A stretch of 62,570 nucleotides of DNA, filler included, from Aduncisulcus paluster (GCA_024181965.1; 12 parts of 12 records of this genome joined end to end with filler, not necessarily neighbours in it), one strand, 5' to 3'; counted from the whole stretch's first letter, positions 35,398 to 48,315 are shown. The notes: generated by a model from the sequence alone, not told the origin. Numbers and translations are program-made.

Positions 35398-36811
35398 AAA
35401 TACTCTTATTTCTCTTGTCTGACCAGATTCCTTGCGATTCATTTCTAATATAAACACTAATTTAGTGACTAAATTGTCACTTGAAGTCTTTGAGTCATAG
35501 TACTGGATAGCATAACCTTTGTATCTTTGGAAACAGAATGTGCCTGATAATATCAATGTTAATTAACTTAACTTAATTTATTCACAGTTGAAATATACCG
35601 TCACACTGCTCAAGAAACAAGACGACTTTTATTTAAAGTTTTAATTTAAAACTTGCATTAAGATAAGCACATTAGTCTACTTTAAACCTTCAACTAAGAG
35701 AATTGGAGAGGATATTGATCATTCTTTGAGAATAGAGCATGATAAGTTGGAGAATTATAATTATAATATTACGAGTCTGTTTCGATGGACAAGAGTAGAC
35801 TTATTGTTCATAATAAATCAAATGTAATGTAGTTGATTCGATAATACCATGATAATATTGGAATTGTCAAGTAGAACGGAATAGATCAAAGTGATTAATT
35901 TCAAGACAAATGTTTAGTTTCAGCTGAACTCCAAGAATGGACCAGGGATTTAAATAAAAATAAATGAATAAATGAATAAATAATGTATGGGAAAATATTG
36001 CAACAATGTGTTTTGATACATCATTCAATTCTTCGGTTATATTCAATTCAATACCTTTTTTGTCTTAGTCTGGAGCATTTCTGGTTCTGTCATTCGATAG
36101 ATTCATGGCTATATTGTGCTAGTTTTGTGCTGATTTTGTCATCATTATTACCATTACTTGTGGGTGAAAAAGAAGAAGATCTATAGAAGGCAAAGGACTT
36201 CTTGAAGAAAGGTGAACTATCACATCAGCTCTGATTATGATATTACGGAAGACATGTTTCTATTTTTTCAGTGGAACTCATAAATTAAGTTTCATTTTAG
36301 ATAAATTAAAGAATTCATTTCAAATCTTACCGGGCAAAACAAGACTTTTATGAAACCAAAACTTACAAGTTGCATTAAGATAATCTTCCTTGATAGATGG
36401 TCATGAATACATTTATAAAGCAGAATGAAATCTGTTCTCATTTATATTTCACCAGATTGTTGGTGTCAATAACGAATTACAGCGAACTTTTGATAAAACC
36501 TACATTCTTACCATCTGAGTCCAATTTTATGGAAGTGTCGGGCATTGTGTGAATATTATATCTCATAAATACGATCAATAATACATTTAAAATATCTATT
36601 ATGAGAAAAGGTTGTTTGAGCTCATTTGACGCCATTTGGACAACATTCCAAAATATTATACGTCGAAAATCTCCATATTGTATGTCATTAATACCCATTA
36701 TGCCGGGATCCATTTTCAATTTAATTTAGTTCGTCCACAACTCTAATTTTCATCATTGTCTCCTTAAAATATACCATTATAGAATATAATACAGGTCAAA
36801 AACATATAAAT

Positions 36812-38985
36812 ATGGATCAAAATTTACATATGGAATATGACACAGAGGAAGAAGAAGAATTTTCGAGGTCATCCACTCAAAGTGATTATGACAACCAAGG
36901 TTATCCTGACGATCCGGGAGATATGGACTCAAGTACATCAACTCATGACATTCAATCGGGTAGGTCTGAAGAAGAAACTATAATTGCACAGGATATGGAT
37001 AAAAGTAGTGTTTCATCTCCTTCATCAAGTTCATCAACTTTTCCTTCGGATTCAGCTTCTTCAAGAATTAAATCCACAATTCCTCATCACTTATCGCATT
37101 CAGACATTCCCAAGGGTGATCATGGATCGGATAGTTCGAGTTATCATTGGTCAGATCAATATGCACTTCCTGGTTTTCCTTCAATCAATGATCTTCTTCA
37201 TCCTTCATCTTCTGAACCTCAATCAAGGGAATTCGACCGTGTGCCCAAATTTGATCGCATAACATTGACATCTGCCTCGTCTAGCACTTCTTCAAAAAAG
37301 AGGGAATCTGTTGAGGTATTTGGTCATTCTCCAAAAATTGGTCTAACGACTCTCACTTCGGCCTCCTCTATCACTCCTTTGTGCATCATTGGCAGGGGTG
37401 GATTTGGAGAGGTGCTGCTTGTTGATGTTCATGATAAGGGTGTTGAGTCCCCATGTGTTCTGAAGAAGATGATTTATGTTGACAGTTTAGATCTTGTTCG
37501 AAAGTGTCGCAAAGAGTTCAAAATACAACGTAAATTATATGAAAACTGTAGGAATCGTATCCCTTATCCAATATTTATTATTGACCTTCTTGATAAGGAA
37601 TACAAGGGTAGTTTTGGTTTTATCATGGAGTATTGTGCTGGAGGTAGTGTAAAAGAGTTTAACAGAAAGTGGTGCATAAAAAATGTATCTCTCTTAAAAG
37701 ATTCAAGCTCTGATCTTGCCTCATTCCCTCATCGTTTTGATCCCATGACTCTTGACCCTCTTAAAGTGAGTGCTCTCTGTGTTGAGATCATTGAGTGTCT
37801 TGATGATGTATTTAAAGCTAATCCAGGGTTCATTCATCGAGATATCAAACCTGAGAACTTTCTTATTAAGGTTGATCGCAAAAGTAGTGAATGCACTGCC
37901 GTTCTTTCTGATCATGGTCTCGCTCTAATCAAAAGATCTGTGATAGAATCTTCCCTTGGATATCCGTCTTCTGATATTTCTTCTTCAAATCCATCTCTGA
38001 AAAGGTCAAAATCATCAACCAACCATGTATTATGTGGTACATTTGGATATGACTCATTTGAAGCTCTTCAAGGCATGCACTCTCAAAAAAGTGATGCATA
38101 TTCCCTCGGTATTACCATTCTTGCTTTATTTCAGTGTTGCAATCCATTCTATGACATGCGTCTTTTGCAGAATGCTTCCTCTCCAACTGAATTTATCAAG
38201 GAACTCAAAGAGCTGATCAAAATGAATGAGGGTCCAAAACTCTCCAGTTCTCCTCTTTTTGATTCAATATTAACTGTTAACAGTGGTGAGTTTGAATCTG
38301 TTTATACCTGTCTGAATGAAGTGTTCGAAGGATTGACAACTTTAGAAGTTGCCAAACGTATGAGTGTTCATGAAGCCTCTGAGAAAGTTCAATCCATCAA
38401 ACCTCTTCTTCCAAAGATTGGAGAAGGGTGGAAATGTCCATCCATTGACGATATTATGAAGGCTCAGCTTGCAAAATATGGAGGTTATCGTGGATATATT
38501 GTTGAAAAGGAAAGCGAAAGTATTAAGGGCACAGTTTCATCCATTCCATCACAACTCCAAAGTGAGAGAGAAGCCAAAACAACAGGTGCAATTTCAAGTG
38601 TTTCAAAAGAAGAAGATTTGATGAGAAACGTTGAAGAAGAGAAGAAACAAAGAGAAGAACTCAAAACAGATTATGTGAGAAAGAAAGAATCAGAATTAAA
38701 ATCCTTGATTTTGTCAATCAAAAGAACTAAGTCTCAACCTGCCATCATATCCCTTTACAAAGAATCATATCCTCGTCTCAAGGCTATCTTTGATGAATTC
38801 AGTTCTTCTTCACCTTCTGCTATCACATCCAATATAGATCTCTTTGAGCTTTGTTTCGAATGTTTGTCCTTGTTCGTGAAGCATAAAGTTACAAAAGGAG
38901 ATGTGACTTTGAAGGAAGATGAGGATGATATTGAGGTTATTCTGGATAGATATTCCATCAAGAACATTATTGATACTTTCTTGCC
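36812..38985 (+). CDS. Divergent Ser/Thr protein kinase with acidic N-terminus and helical C-terminal extension (3' truncated)
   Basis: IGRGGFGEV, VLKKM, IMEYCAGG, IHRDIKPENFL, DHG in the DFG position, LCGTFGY, KSDAYSLG. Confidence 0.9.
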
Positions 38986-39085
38986 NNNNNNNNNNNNNNN
39001 NNNNNNNNNNNNNNNNNNNNNNNNNNNNNTTAATTAATTAANNNNNNNNNNNNNNNNNNNNNNNNNNNNNNNNNNNNNNNNNNNN

Positions 39086-40540
39086 AGCTAAATTTCCCCA
39101 ATACGATTTGTCAGCTTGTGATTGTTTAAGAACAATCTCTCTTGCTCTCTCACAAACAGTGTAATCGTCACATGGTGTGCCCTTAACGAAAGACACATAC
39201 ATCATATTATCCACAATAATAGCATTCTCTCCAACAGAACTCATATCAAGTTCCCTATCACCCGAAGTTATAGAGTACACGTCACCATCATAGTCCGTCA
39301 CAGAGTAACCCAGAGGTCCAGGAACATCAACATAGGTGGAACTCTTATGAGTGACGTTCGACTGGTATAGGACAATTGAAGAGTAAGTGTTGGAGCTTGC
39401 AGAAGGAATCTCAGAGCCAGTGGCTTGGAAAGTGATGTCTCTTCCATCAATAGCAGTAACAAGGCCTCGGAACAGACGGACAGTATCTCCATCGGCACTC
39501 TTTGTCTGCACAGTCATGGGTAGGGCTCCACCAAACGATTCGATGGCAGAAGTGAAGGAAGTCCAGGACCCATTGACCATTGTGACAGCTCTCAGGATAC
39601 GCATTGTATTCTGGGAAGTATCAGTGTACTGGTCGATAGATCCAATTGTAATGAGGAAAGATTGTTGAGAAACTGTTCCAATTAATGCGTCAGAAGTGCT
39701 AGAGTTGGTCCAAGTTGAGCTTACAAAGCATTCACCACCCAAGATGCTACCACCATCCTTGCCACGGAAACGTTCGACAAGGACTTCTTTATAGATGGCC
39801 ATGGCATCGTTAGAAGGCGGGATCACTGTAGAAATGTCAGAAGTGGATACAGAATAGGAAGAATCACCAATAGCCATGTTTACATAGTTAGAGGAGAGGG
39901 TTTCATCGGCAGAGAGAAACTGTGCATTATCTCCACTGGAATCAAAGAAAGAAAGGGCATTGTGGAGAACTGGTCGGCTTGTAGAGCATTGGAATGGATA
40001 TGAATGTCACATTGAGCTTCTCCAAGAAGACAGTCTTTCTGAGCGCTTTTTAAATGGTATGAATTCCCATTAGCATCATTATTCACCATGGAATGCGTGA
40101 TTTCTTGATTAATAAGTGATCCATCGTCGGATATTGTTACAAATTGGCCGTCAGTAGGGAAAGGAAGATCACGAAAGTTACTGCTGATTCACTCCTTGAA
40201 ATGAGTACAAATCCTTCTGAAATAGCAGATTTAACAGAAACATCTTCTGTGGCGTTGAGAAAAGAACATCAACAGAAAGGATACCGTCATTTAGTCCAGC
40301 ATACTTTATATACGCCAAAAGAGTTCAGATCAGATGAATGAATAAATTGGGTATCGTGATTGTGTAATGTAGCATCTCCATCGATCCATTTTTTTATAAA
40401 ATACCTTAAATTCACACAAAAAGGTGAATTCATTGTTGCTTGATGTTGTGGACATTTAAGTCTTATTATCTGATACACATCGAATAAAATATCCATTATA
40501 ATATTTGTTTCATGTAATTTATTTAATGTATTCATCTTCA
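39086..40540 (-). CDS. Hypothetical Ser/Thr-rich protein, frameshifted, 3' truncated
   Basis: 279-aa ORF (39877 to gap) preceded by short same-strand ORFs of similar composition. Confidence 0.45.
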
Positions 40541-40662
40541 TTTAGCTATATTTGCAATCGCTATTGCAACTCCTCTGTTTGATTTTTTTCAAAACTAATA
40601 AAAAGCAGAAAAACCTAATATATAGATATTAAGCATATTTTATTTAATTTTAAGCTGATATA

Positions 40663-42176
40663 TTGCCGTTTTCTTCTCCTCCACATAAACAACCCTTTTT
40701 TGTCATGAAGAAACTCGGAATATGCACATCAGAAGCAATAACTTGTTGTGAGAGCATTTCTTGGGGGTTGATAAGATTTCGATACAAAATCTTATCAATC
40801 CCCGATAATATGCTCTCGCAACAAGTTATTTGTAAAATAGAAAAAATGTTAGAGGAACTATTGGTGTCATTGTCACCAATAGTTCCTCTAACAAAGTTCA
40901 CAGGTATTGATGCAGAGAAAATGCATGTTTTTCTCTGCATCAATACCTGTGCAGAAACTCTGCACATCTTGCAGAGGATGGCGCGTTCTCATGGGGAGGT
41001 GAAATTCTCGGGCGCATTTGACAGCCTTGCCCTACGGGCAAGAGCTGTCACAAAAAATGATTCCGGTCCATTTACTCGTTCAATCAGCAATAATAGTACA
41101 ATTTGGGCTATTTGTCGGGCAGCTGCATTCCTTCTTGCCCACTCCAACCCTTTGCAGCGGCCTGCCCTTAAACTTGTCATTTCTGCGTGCCATACTTGGG
41201 GCTCTTTCCTTCCTTCTCTACCTCTGGATGTTAAAACCAAGGTATTAACTAATTCTGAGAGAGAACATGAATATATGGAAGTTCTTTGGAGACTATGGAC
41301 TATTCAAGAGAAAGACGAACAAGAATCACATCTCCAGCCCGTCATTCCTTTCGACGAACTCCTTTTGCCGGCTCCCGTGGCCAATGATTCCCATCCCAAG
41401 GTGTATGATTCCCTCGCTACCGGTTTAATTGGTCTGGTTGAAGATAAAGAGATAGCTATTGAGCATTCAGCCTCCCCAACCCCATCATTCAAACGATTGT
41501 CCTCTCGTGGTCGAGTTATGAAACAATTTGAAGAGGATATGGCCAGAATAGATGAGGATTGGGACATGGATTCAAGTTCTATATTCTCCCTTCGCCTTCC
41601 TCCTTTCCCTGTAATATCTCATTGTATTTCCATGTCTTCACATCCTGTATCTTTCTGTAGATCTCTGTTGATGTTCTCCTCTTCAGCGTCCATCAATGAA
41701 ATAGCCTCTGTCGGAAGTAGATTCGAACAATCGATCAAGACAATCCATAGAGTCTATAATTTACATGAGATCCCAGATACACGTTCCTCCATGACACTCT
41801 CCTCCCTTGAATCGGCATCAAGCGTGTCCTTATGGGATTTCTCAACGATATTATTGGCTCTGACATCAGTTAATGATAATACACGGAGGAAAGCAACTTC
41901 TGTTTTTAGAAGATGTCGTCTCGTAGCCTCTTGGTTCGGCGATTCTGTTTCTTCCTTTTCCTTCTCAAATGAAGAAGAAAAAACGATTGTATTTACCGAC
42001 CCTTTGGAGAATGATATGCTTGCTCTCTCCTCTACTATCCCTCTATGGGCTGTGTGTGAAGACAATCATGCTTATTGTAATGTAATTGAATCAGGAGATA
42101 AGTTATCTATTGTATCTCCAGCTTTGAGAGAGAGGAGAAGACAACGCCAGGAAGGCAAAAAGGTTTCGTCAAAAGA
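40663..42176 (+). CDS. Hypothetical protein (3' truncated; true start uncertain)
   Basis: Open frame of about 500 aa; no recognised motif. Confidence 0.65.
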
Positions 42177-42276
42177 NNNNNNNNNNNNNNNNNNNNNNNN
42201 NNNNNNNNNNNNNNNNNNNNTTAATTAATTAANNNNNNNNNNNNNNNNNNNNNNNNNNNNNNNNNNNNNNNNNNNN

Positions 42277-42920
42277 CTGGTACTGCCGAGTGTCTTGCTG
42301 AATACGCTACCAAGACTGGTAAGACTGTTCTTGCCTCTTGGATGGGAGGTAAAGAGGTTGCCGAAGGTAAATCTCTTCTTGAGCGTGCTGGTATCCCTTG
42401 CTTCTCATACCCCGATGCTGCTTGCCGTGTGTTCAACCACCTTAACAGATACAGAGACATTATGAGGAAGCTCTACATCTTCGAGGAGAAGGAGGGTCGT
42501 CCCAACGTTATCCCTGCTGATGGAAAGAGAGAGAAGGCCTTTGAGATCATCAAGCCCGCTTTGGACTCTGAGCGTCCCATTTTGACTGAGGCTGAGAGTA
42601 AGGATCTCTTGAGCCTCTACGACATCCCCACCAACATCACCCGTGTTGCCTTTACTCCCGAAGAGGCCGCCAAGATTGCCACTGAAGTTGGTTTCCCCGT
42701 TGTTGTTAAGATTCACTCTGAGACGATCACCCACAAGTCTGATGTTGGTGGTGTCAAGATTGGACTCAAGGATGAAGCTGCTGTCATGGCTGCCTTCAAG
42801 GATATGGAGACTCGTATCGGCAGACCTGGATTCCTTGGTGTCACTGTTCAGGATCAAGTTTCATTCAAAGATAGTCACGAAGTCATGCTTGGTATGGTTC
42901 GTGATCCCCAATATGGACCC
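42277..42920 (+). CDS. ADP-forming acetyl-CoA synthetase (acetate-CoA ligase), internal part; ends at a GTATGT splice donor
   Basis: VLASWMGG, AGIPCFSYPDAA, LTEAESKDLLSLYDIP, GFPVVVKIHSETITHKSDVGGV, EVMLGMVRDPQYGP. Strong codon bias. Confidence 0.9.
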
Positions 42921-43404
42921 GTATGTTTCAATCCTTTTGTGTATTATACGCATTAGCGAAGGAATGGAGAAGGATTTATTAAGTGAAATTAAGCTGTGTG
43001 TTTTCACACAATCGGTAAGTTTCGGGAATTTCCCAAATGCTCAGTTGGAGCCATTTTAAATTAAGAAAATTATTAAATTAAGAAAACAATTAACTTTTTG
43101 TTTGAAAGGAATGATATTATTCCATAATATGTATTTTATCTAACTCGAAATGGAGCCTCTCCAAATATCATTATTGACTTCCAAAGGGAGACGGCAAGCA
43201 AATTTATTAAAACCGGTAGGGAGGCGGCAATGCCGGTAGCATCACAATATCATGATGAAGAATGGATCTCTAAAAATCCTTTTTATATGGCATAAGGAAA
43301 TCGATCTCCCAGACTGACACTTAATTCGGGACTAGCCACATAGTTATTGATCAATAATACGTTGCAGACTGTGTGTTTGCATATAACTTAATTGGTTACT
43401 TATA

Positions 43405-44640
43405 CTACATTTCCCCAGCCTGCATTCTGGCAAGAACGACACTCACAGGAATGAATGTTTGTCCACTTTCATCATGTTCACCCTGGGCAACAACTTCATC
43501 AGGGAGAGGCTGTATGGGTTGTGAGGAAGGTTGATAAAGAGGAGAGTGGGACTTATCTTCAATATCAATTCTTTGATCTCCCAACTCTGATTCTGGTTGG
43601 TAGGTGGATGAACGCATTGCACGCTGTCTCTGTCTCTGCTCAGCCCTTTCTTCCCTTTCTTCTTCCTCACGTTGAGTTTTTTCATGACTAGTTTTGCAAG
43701 AATAGAAGATATTTGAACACGAACTGAAGCAGCTTTCAACATCACAATAACAAATTAGGAGTAAAATAATAATGATAACGCCACAGCATCCCCCAATAAT
43801 CAAGAAGATAGTGCCAATCGTAATAAGATTAGATTGATTTTTCCCTAGATCTCCACCATAATTGGCCTGATAAATCCCACAATAGGTAGTAATATCATAA
43901 ATATTTAAAGAAAGGGAACTTACTGGAAGATAATCAACCGAAGAGCAACTAAATGACTCGGCGGAATAGTAGTAACCGTTGACAAACCTAACATCATCGT
44001 CACTGACATCATAAGTATTCGGATACGTGGAGGTATGCTTGGGGGTGATTCCAATATTAAGATCTGTTGCATATGCTACAGAAAGACATGTATATGAACA
44101 GCGATGTTGATTGGAGTAGCAATCCCCATCATCATCGGTAGATGATATAACACTGATCACAAACTGCTTTGAGGTTGATAAATTGGACGTACTGTCTTCA
44201 AACAACTCAATATCGGCGTAAAAGTCGAGTCCAGAAACACCTGAAATATCAGAGCTTGTAAAAGGAGAATATCTGTAAAAATATGAATCCATATCAGAGC
44301 TAGAAATACCTCTTTCTTCAAGGGCTGCCATATCATCCTCATCAACACCACATGGTTCATCACTATAAGCAGTAAAATCATTGATATCAAGAGAGAATGT
44401 TGTGCCATTGAAGTTAAGAGTCATGCTCATTGTAGCAAGAGAATTTTTGAACCTAGAGAAGGAAGAGGATGATGAAACATCCTCAATTGAGGCCACAAAA
44501 GAATCTACGTTATCAAAATAACTGTTCGTAGCTACTATTCCGAATATCAGAAAAATGGTGCCAGAAAACAGGAAAAAAAATCCAATAATACTCGATATAA
44601 TAAATTTATCAGAATAAGATTTTTCCATTATAGTTTCCAT
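43405..44640 (-). CDS. Two-TM membrane protein with Cys-containing extracellular loop
   Basis: Hydrophobic segments FIISSIIGFFFLFSGTIFLIFGIVA and LITIGTIFLIIGGCCGVIIIILLLICYC, followed by a charged cytoplasmic tail. Confidence 0.75.
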   Translation of the reverse strand: METIMEKSYSDKFIISSIIGFFFLFSGTIFLIFGIVATNSYFDNVDSFVASIEDVSSSSSFSRFKNSLATMSMTLNFNGTTFSLDINDFTAYSDEPCGVDEDDMAALEERGISSSDMDSYFYRYSPFTSSDISGVSGLDFYADIELFEDSTSNLSTSKQFVISVISSTDDDGDCYSNQHRCSYTCLSVAYATDLNIGITPKHTSTYPNTYDVSDDDVRFVNGYYYSAESFSCSSVDYLPVSSLSLNIYDITTYCGIYQANYGGDLGKNQSNLITIGTIFLIIGGCCGVIIIILLLICYCDVESCFSSCSNIFYSCKTSHEKTQREEEEREERAEQRQRQRAMRSSTYQPESELGDQRIDIEDKSHSPLYQPSSQPIQPLPDEVVAQGEHDESGQTFIPVSVVLARMQAGEM

Positions 44641-44668
44641 TAGATTATGTTTATCTTTATTTCCCAAG

Positions 44669-44818
44669 AAAAAAGGAATTTACGAGTAGCCGGGAATCCC
44701 CGGCTGGATGCCAGGGCCGGCTTAGCCGGCCCGTGAAGGTAATTCATCCGCCGGCGGCAATTCCAATTATCAGTGAATTGGCGCAGACTCTGCATTCGGG
44801 CCGAAACACAGGTAAAAT
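44669..44818. ncRNA. Candidate structured ncRNA or regulatory element (GC-rich multi-hairpin island)
   Basis: Stems AGCCGGG/CCCGGCT, GGGCCGGC/GCCGGCCC, GGATG/CATCC, CCAATT/AATTGG and TTCGG/CCGAA in otherwise AT-rich intergenic DNA. T6 run on the minus strand at 44669-44674. Confidence 0.35.
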
Positions 44819-45156
44819 ATTGTTACATTGAAAAACTCATTCATCCAAACGAATTAATCCCAGGAATCTGGTTTCTGCGAAATACAACCATTCTTGAATC
44901 TGATCTGATCTGATCAGACTAAATCTAAACTGTATTATCATCTATAATAATGATTTTCATAACAATAAATTCACCAAGAGGAAAATAACCATATTCACTG
45001 TTTGACATACTCCCCTGATCAAACCCCAACATGGACCCTCATTTTTCTCGACATCCACAACATATTCAAATTTTATTTTTTTCGATATTTTGTTTAATTG
45101 CAACAATAATTTTTGATTTAGAATAATATCATCGAATACACTTCATTTTCATACAA

Positions 45157-45624
45157 ATGGAATTATCAGCCAAAGATACAGAAGAATATGTAAAAGAACT
45201 CTTTTTTCTAATAGATACGAATCGAAGTGGAGTTATATCATATAGTGAAATTAAAAAGGTAATGGATCTCTGTGGAATTGATGTTTCAGATGAAGAGGCA
45301 GCACAAATGGTTCGAGCTCTTGATGCTGATGATAGTGGTCGAATTGATTTCGCTGAGTTTTATGCATTTTATTCCACTCATGTCCAACCAAAACTCCTTG
45401 AAGTGAAAGTTAGAGAAGTATTTAACGCTTTAGATACTCATGGAGATAATGCTGTTTCTGTGCGTCATTTGCATCGTTTAATGGAATCCATGAGCGATGG
45501 AATTTCTGTTGATGAATTTCAATCCCTATTATCGAGCGCTAAAGTATATCCAACGCGAGGTACCCTCACTTTTGCCGAATTTCATCAGTTGATTCAATAT
45601 TCACAATCCATGAAGGATTTATAA
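45157..45624 (+). CDS. Calmodulin-like EF-hand protein
   Basis: DTNRSGVISYSE and DADDSGRIDFAEF, with degenerate EF3/EF4; 155 aa. Confidence 0.9.
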   Translation: MELSAKDTEEYVKELFFLIDTNRSGVISYSEIKKVMDLCGIDVSDEEAAQMVRALDADDSGRIDFAEFYAFYSTHVQPKLLEVKVREVFNALDTHGDNAVSVRHLHRLMESMSDGISVDEFQSLLSSAKVYPTRGTLTFAEFHQLIQYSQSMKDL

Positions 45625-45770
45625 TAAATCATTTATTTTGTTGATACATGATTAAATTCAATCTCCCATATAGTGGAATAAACATTGAAGAGAACGATTT
45701 GAATTTTGAAAGTGATTTTTGGACAATATTTCATTTATTTTTCGACTAATATTGCATAAAATTTTATATA

Positions 45771-47468
45771 ATGGATGAAGTAAGCTCAAATAGTGGTTCA
45801 AAATCCATCGAAAGGGATAAAATGCCATTATCCCCATCCATCGATCCTTTGGAGCAAGATTTATCCATACTTGATGCCTCTGATTTCTTGAGCGACCTTA
45901 CAGCTGGACCTATGAGTTCTCCGTCTGGCATTGTTCAACATATTCCTGCAGTACACTTAGCTCTTAAAGAAAGGTATTCCAAATGTCTTTCTGCTGATGT
46001 TTGGAGCTCAGGACTCCATAAAGACGGCGAACTTCTTGTTTCAAGAATATATAAATGTAAATTTAATTCATGGTGGCCTAAACTAGCTCTCCCTTTGTCA
46101 TTTTATTCACCCCAACTGCATATATTAATCTGCGCTGATTTTATGACAGAAAGGATTTTAATTCAAGATTTACGATCACCTCATAGGACTCATGATGTCA
46201 GATTTCCTGCAAAGAACCCAATTCAACCCTTAATTTATGCTGATGGAAATATTGCCTATTTCTTTGAATCTTTTGGAAGTCAATCACATTTACGGGTATA
46301 TAAATGTAAAATATCTGATCTATGGCAAGGAAAACCTCCATATCTCATCAATGTCAAATATATCAAACAAGGACGTTCGCCTGTCGCCTCTTCTTCCACC
46401 AAACAACATATTGGTATCAAAAATGCAATGAGGCCATCAATTTATTCATCTCAAAAATCTTCTAAGCCATATAAGCCCGTTTTAACGAGAGTCACGAACT
46501 CTAAATCTAATGTCTCGCATACAACACTTGTGTCTCCCTCAAATCCATCATCCATTCATAGACAGCCAATTACCGCCATAACGAGGGATTCTTATCTCTC
46601 TCGTCGGACCCAAGCCCGTAAATCATCATCTTATGTATGTTCCTCAGTGTCGTACTCTTCCCATCGAGTTTCTACTAGTTCTACTGGTCCTGTCAAACCC
46701 TTGAACCTTGCCGTGACCCCCCATCATATTTCTTTTCTCCCTTCATGTTCCCTTGCCCTTTTCGGGTGTAAACAGGGTGTGTGTGTATTCGATTGTACTG
46801 TGGAGCGAATAAGGAAGATCTCTCTTCCAACAAAAGCCTGGGTATATCCGTTGACTCCGTCTTTGCGAGATGGAATGTGTGTTTGTGCCGAAATCGGCAG
46901 TGAGAAACTCAAAGGTTGGGAGGTTGACGTGTGGAGTGGATCCATAAAACGTGAATATGTAGATGTTCATGCATCTATGTGGATAACCCGTACAGTCTCT
47001 GTTCGTGCGGCCCGTGAGAGATATGAAAAACACCAAATTGAGGAGAAAGAAAGAAAACTTTTAGAACACAAGAATAATCCTTCATCATCATTGGAGGACA
47101 AAAAGTCAACACCCCTTGACAAAAAGTCAACAACCCTTGATGCTTCTGATAGTCTTGATGCTTCTCATAGTCCTCCAATCACTCCTAAGACTAAGAAGGG
47201 AACCAAACACACCACCTCAACTCGCACAATGTATATTATGACAGATTCAGGAAGCTCCCCGTCCAAATCCGTTTCAATTCCATTACATGTCAGTGAGCAT
47301 GAAGAAACTGAGGAAGAACTCGTTGCTGGGTTTTCTCCTTCCTCCAGGATGAGTGCATTGTGCGGGAAAAGCATAACGAATAATTGTTTTTGGCGCGTTG
47401 GAGGTGAAGTTTATTTGTTTTGTGATGAATTGGATGGGTGGCATTGTCTGAGAATCAAACCAAAATAG
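45771..47468 (+). CDS. Hypothetical beta-rich protein, paralog of 54380-55253
   Basis: 565-aa ORF sharing a motif pattern with the 54.4-kb ORF. Confidence 0.7.
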   Translation: MDEVSSNSGSKSIERDKMPLSPSIDPLEQDLSILDASDFLSDLTAGPMSSPSGIVQHIPAVHLALKERYSKCLSADVWSSGLHKDGELLVSRIYKCKFNSWWPKLALPLSFYSPQLHILICADFMTERILIQDLRSPHRTHDVRFPAKNPIQPLIYADGNIAYFFESFGSQSHLRVYKCKISDLWQGKPPYLINVKYIKQGRSPVASSSTKQHIGIKNAMRPSIYSSQKSSKPYKPVLTRVTNSKSNVSHTTLVSPSNPSSIHRQPITAITRDSYLSRRTQARKSSSYVCSSVSYSSHRVSTSSTGPVKPLNLAVTPHHISFLPSCSLALFGCKQGVCVFDCTVERIRKISLPTKAWVYPLTPSLRDGMCVCAEIGSEKLKGWEVDVWSGSIKREYVDVHASMWITRTVSVRAARERYEKHQIEEKERKLLEHKNNPSSSLEDKKSTPLDKKSTTLDASDSLDASHSPPITPKTKKGTKHTTSTRTMYIMTDSGSSPSKSVSIPLHVSEHEETEEELVAGFSPSSRMSALCGKSITNNCFWRVGGEVYLFCDELDGWHCLRIKPK

Positions 47469-47701
47469 AATAGAATAGAATCGTTAAAGGAATATTGTTC
47501 AGCATTGGTATTAAATATTAATACTAATATTAATTTTAGATCTATCAACCATCACTGTACTTTTCTGTTGAATGATGCTATAACACTCTATATTTATATT
47601 CTATATTTATATTCTATATTTATATTATATTCTATATTTAATGCCGAGATAATGTTGCTATTGCTTTTCTTGAATCAGAAGGGATCCTTCAGCCAGTGCT
47701 G

Positions 47702-47755
47702 AGTATAGTATAGTATAGTATAGTATAGTATAGTATAGTACAGTATAGTATAGTA
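47702..47755. repeat. (TAGTA)n microsatellite; shorter copy at 48363-48378
   Basis: About 11 pentamer units. Confidence 0.9.
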
Positions 47756-47756
47756 G

Positions 47757-48315
47757 CCAAGGACACTATCCAGAACATGACCAGTGCCGTCCGGACGAAT
47801 CTAAGCAAGATGGGTCTCATCCGGCGGTTCAATAATTGTGCCCTTGCCTCTCTTCGTTTCCTTTCCTGTGTTGTTAACAGTCCCAGCTACTCATTATTCG
47901 AGTCCAAGGAACTCCTTCGCAAGATCATTGATGATGCAATCCTTCCCTCTCTCATGCATGGTGAAGTCCGATGAAGATCTGTTCACATCCGATCCAAGGC
48001 TCTATTGCAACATTCAGCTTGACTCTTCGACCATCTCTATGACTTCATACTGGGAGCTGTGTCAATGAGAGACGTAAGGCAGCCAAAGTCCCATTTTCCG
48101 ATGCATTTTGATTTCATTCTTACAACCATGAGATATTAGTATCCTTCGATTTGGAGTTTACATTCAGGGAAAGAGAAGAGCATTATGAATCTGACCCCTA
48201 CTGCACCGTATTCGAGGGCAGGATACTCACTCAATGACATTGTAGTCAATGTTAAGGCGGCCTTGAGTCAATGTAGCCGACTGAATTCAAGCAGAAGCTT
48301 CTCGATACTCTCGTT
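47757..48315 (-). pseudogene. Decayed coding fragment, possibly non-LTR retroelement (region before the RLE domain)
   Basis: GC-richer block with many stops. LDSSGRHWSC resembles the D..G.H...C zinc-knuckle part of CRE-like elements. Confidence 0.25.

Noticed and set aside
44805..44820. U1 snRNA (minus-strand TTTTACCTG resembles the U1 5' end)
   Set aside because: No recognisable U1-70K loop, U1A loop or Sm site; kept only as an unidentified structured candidate.
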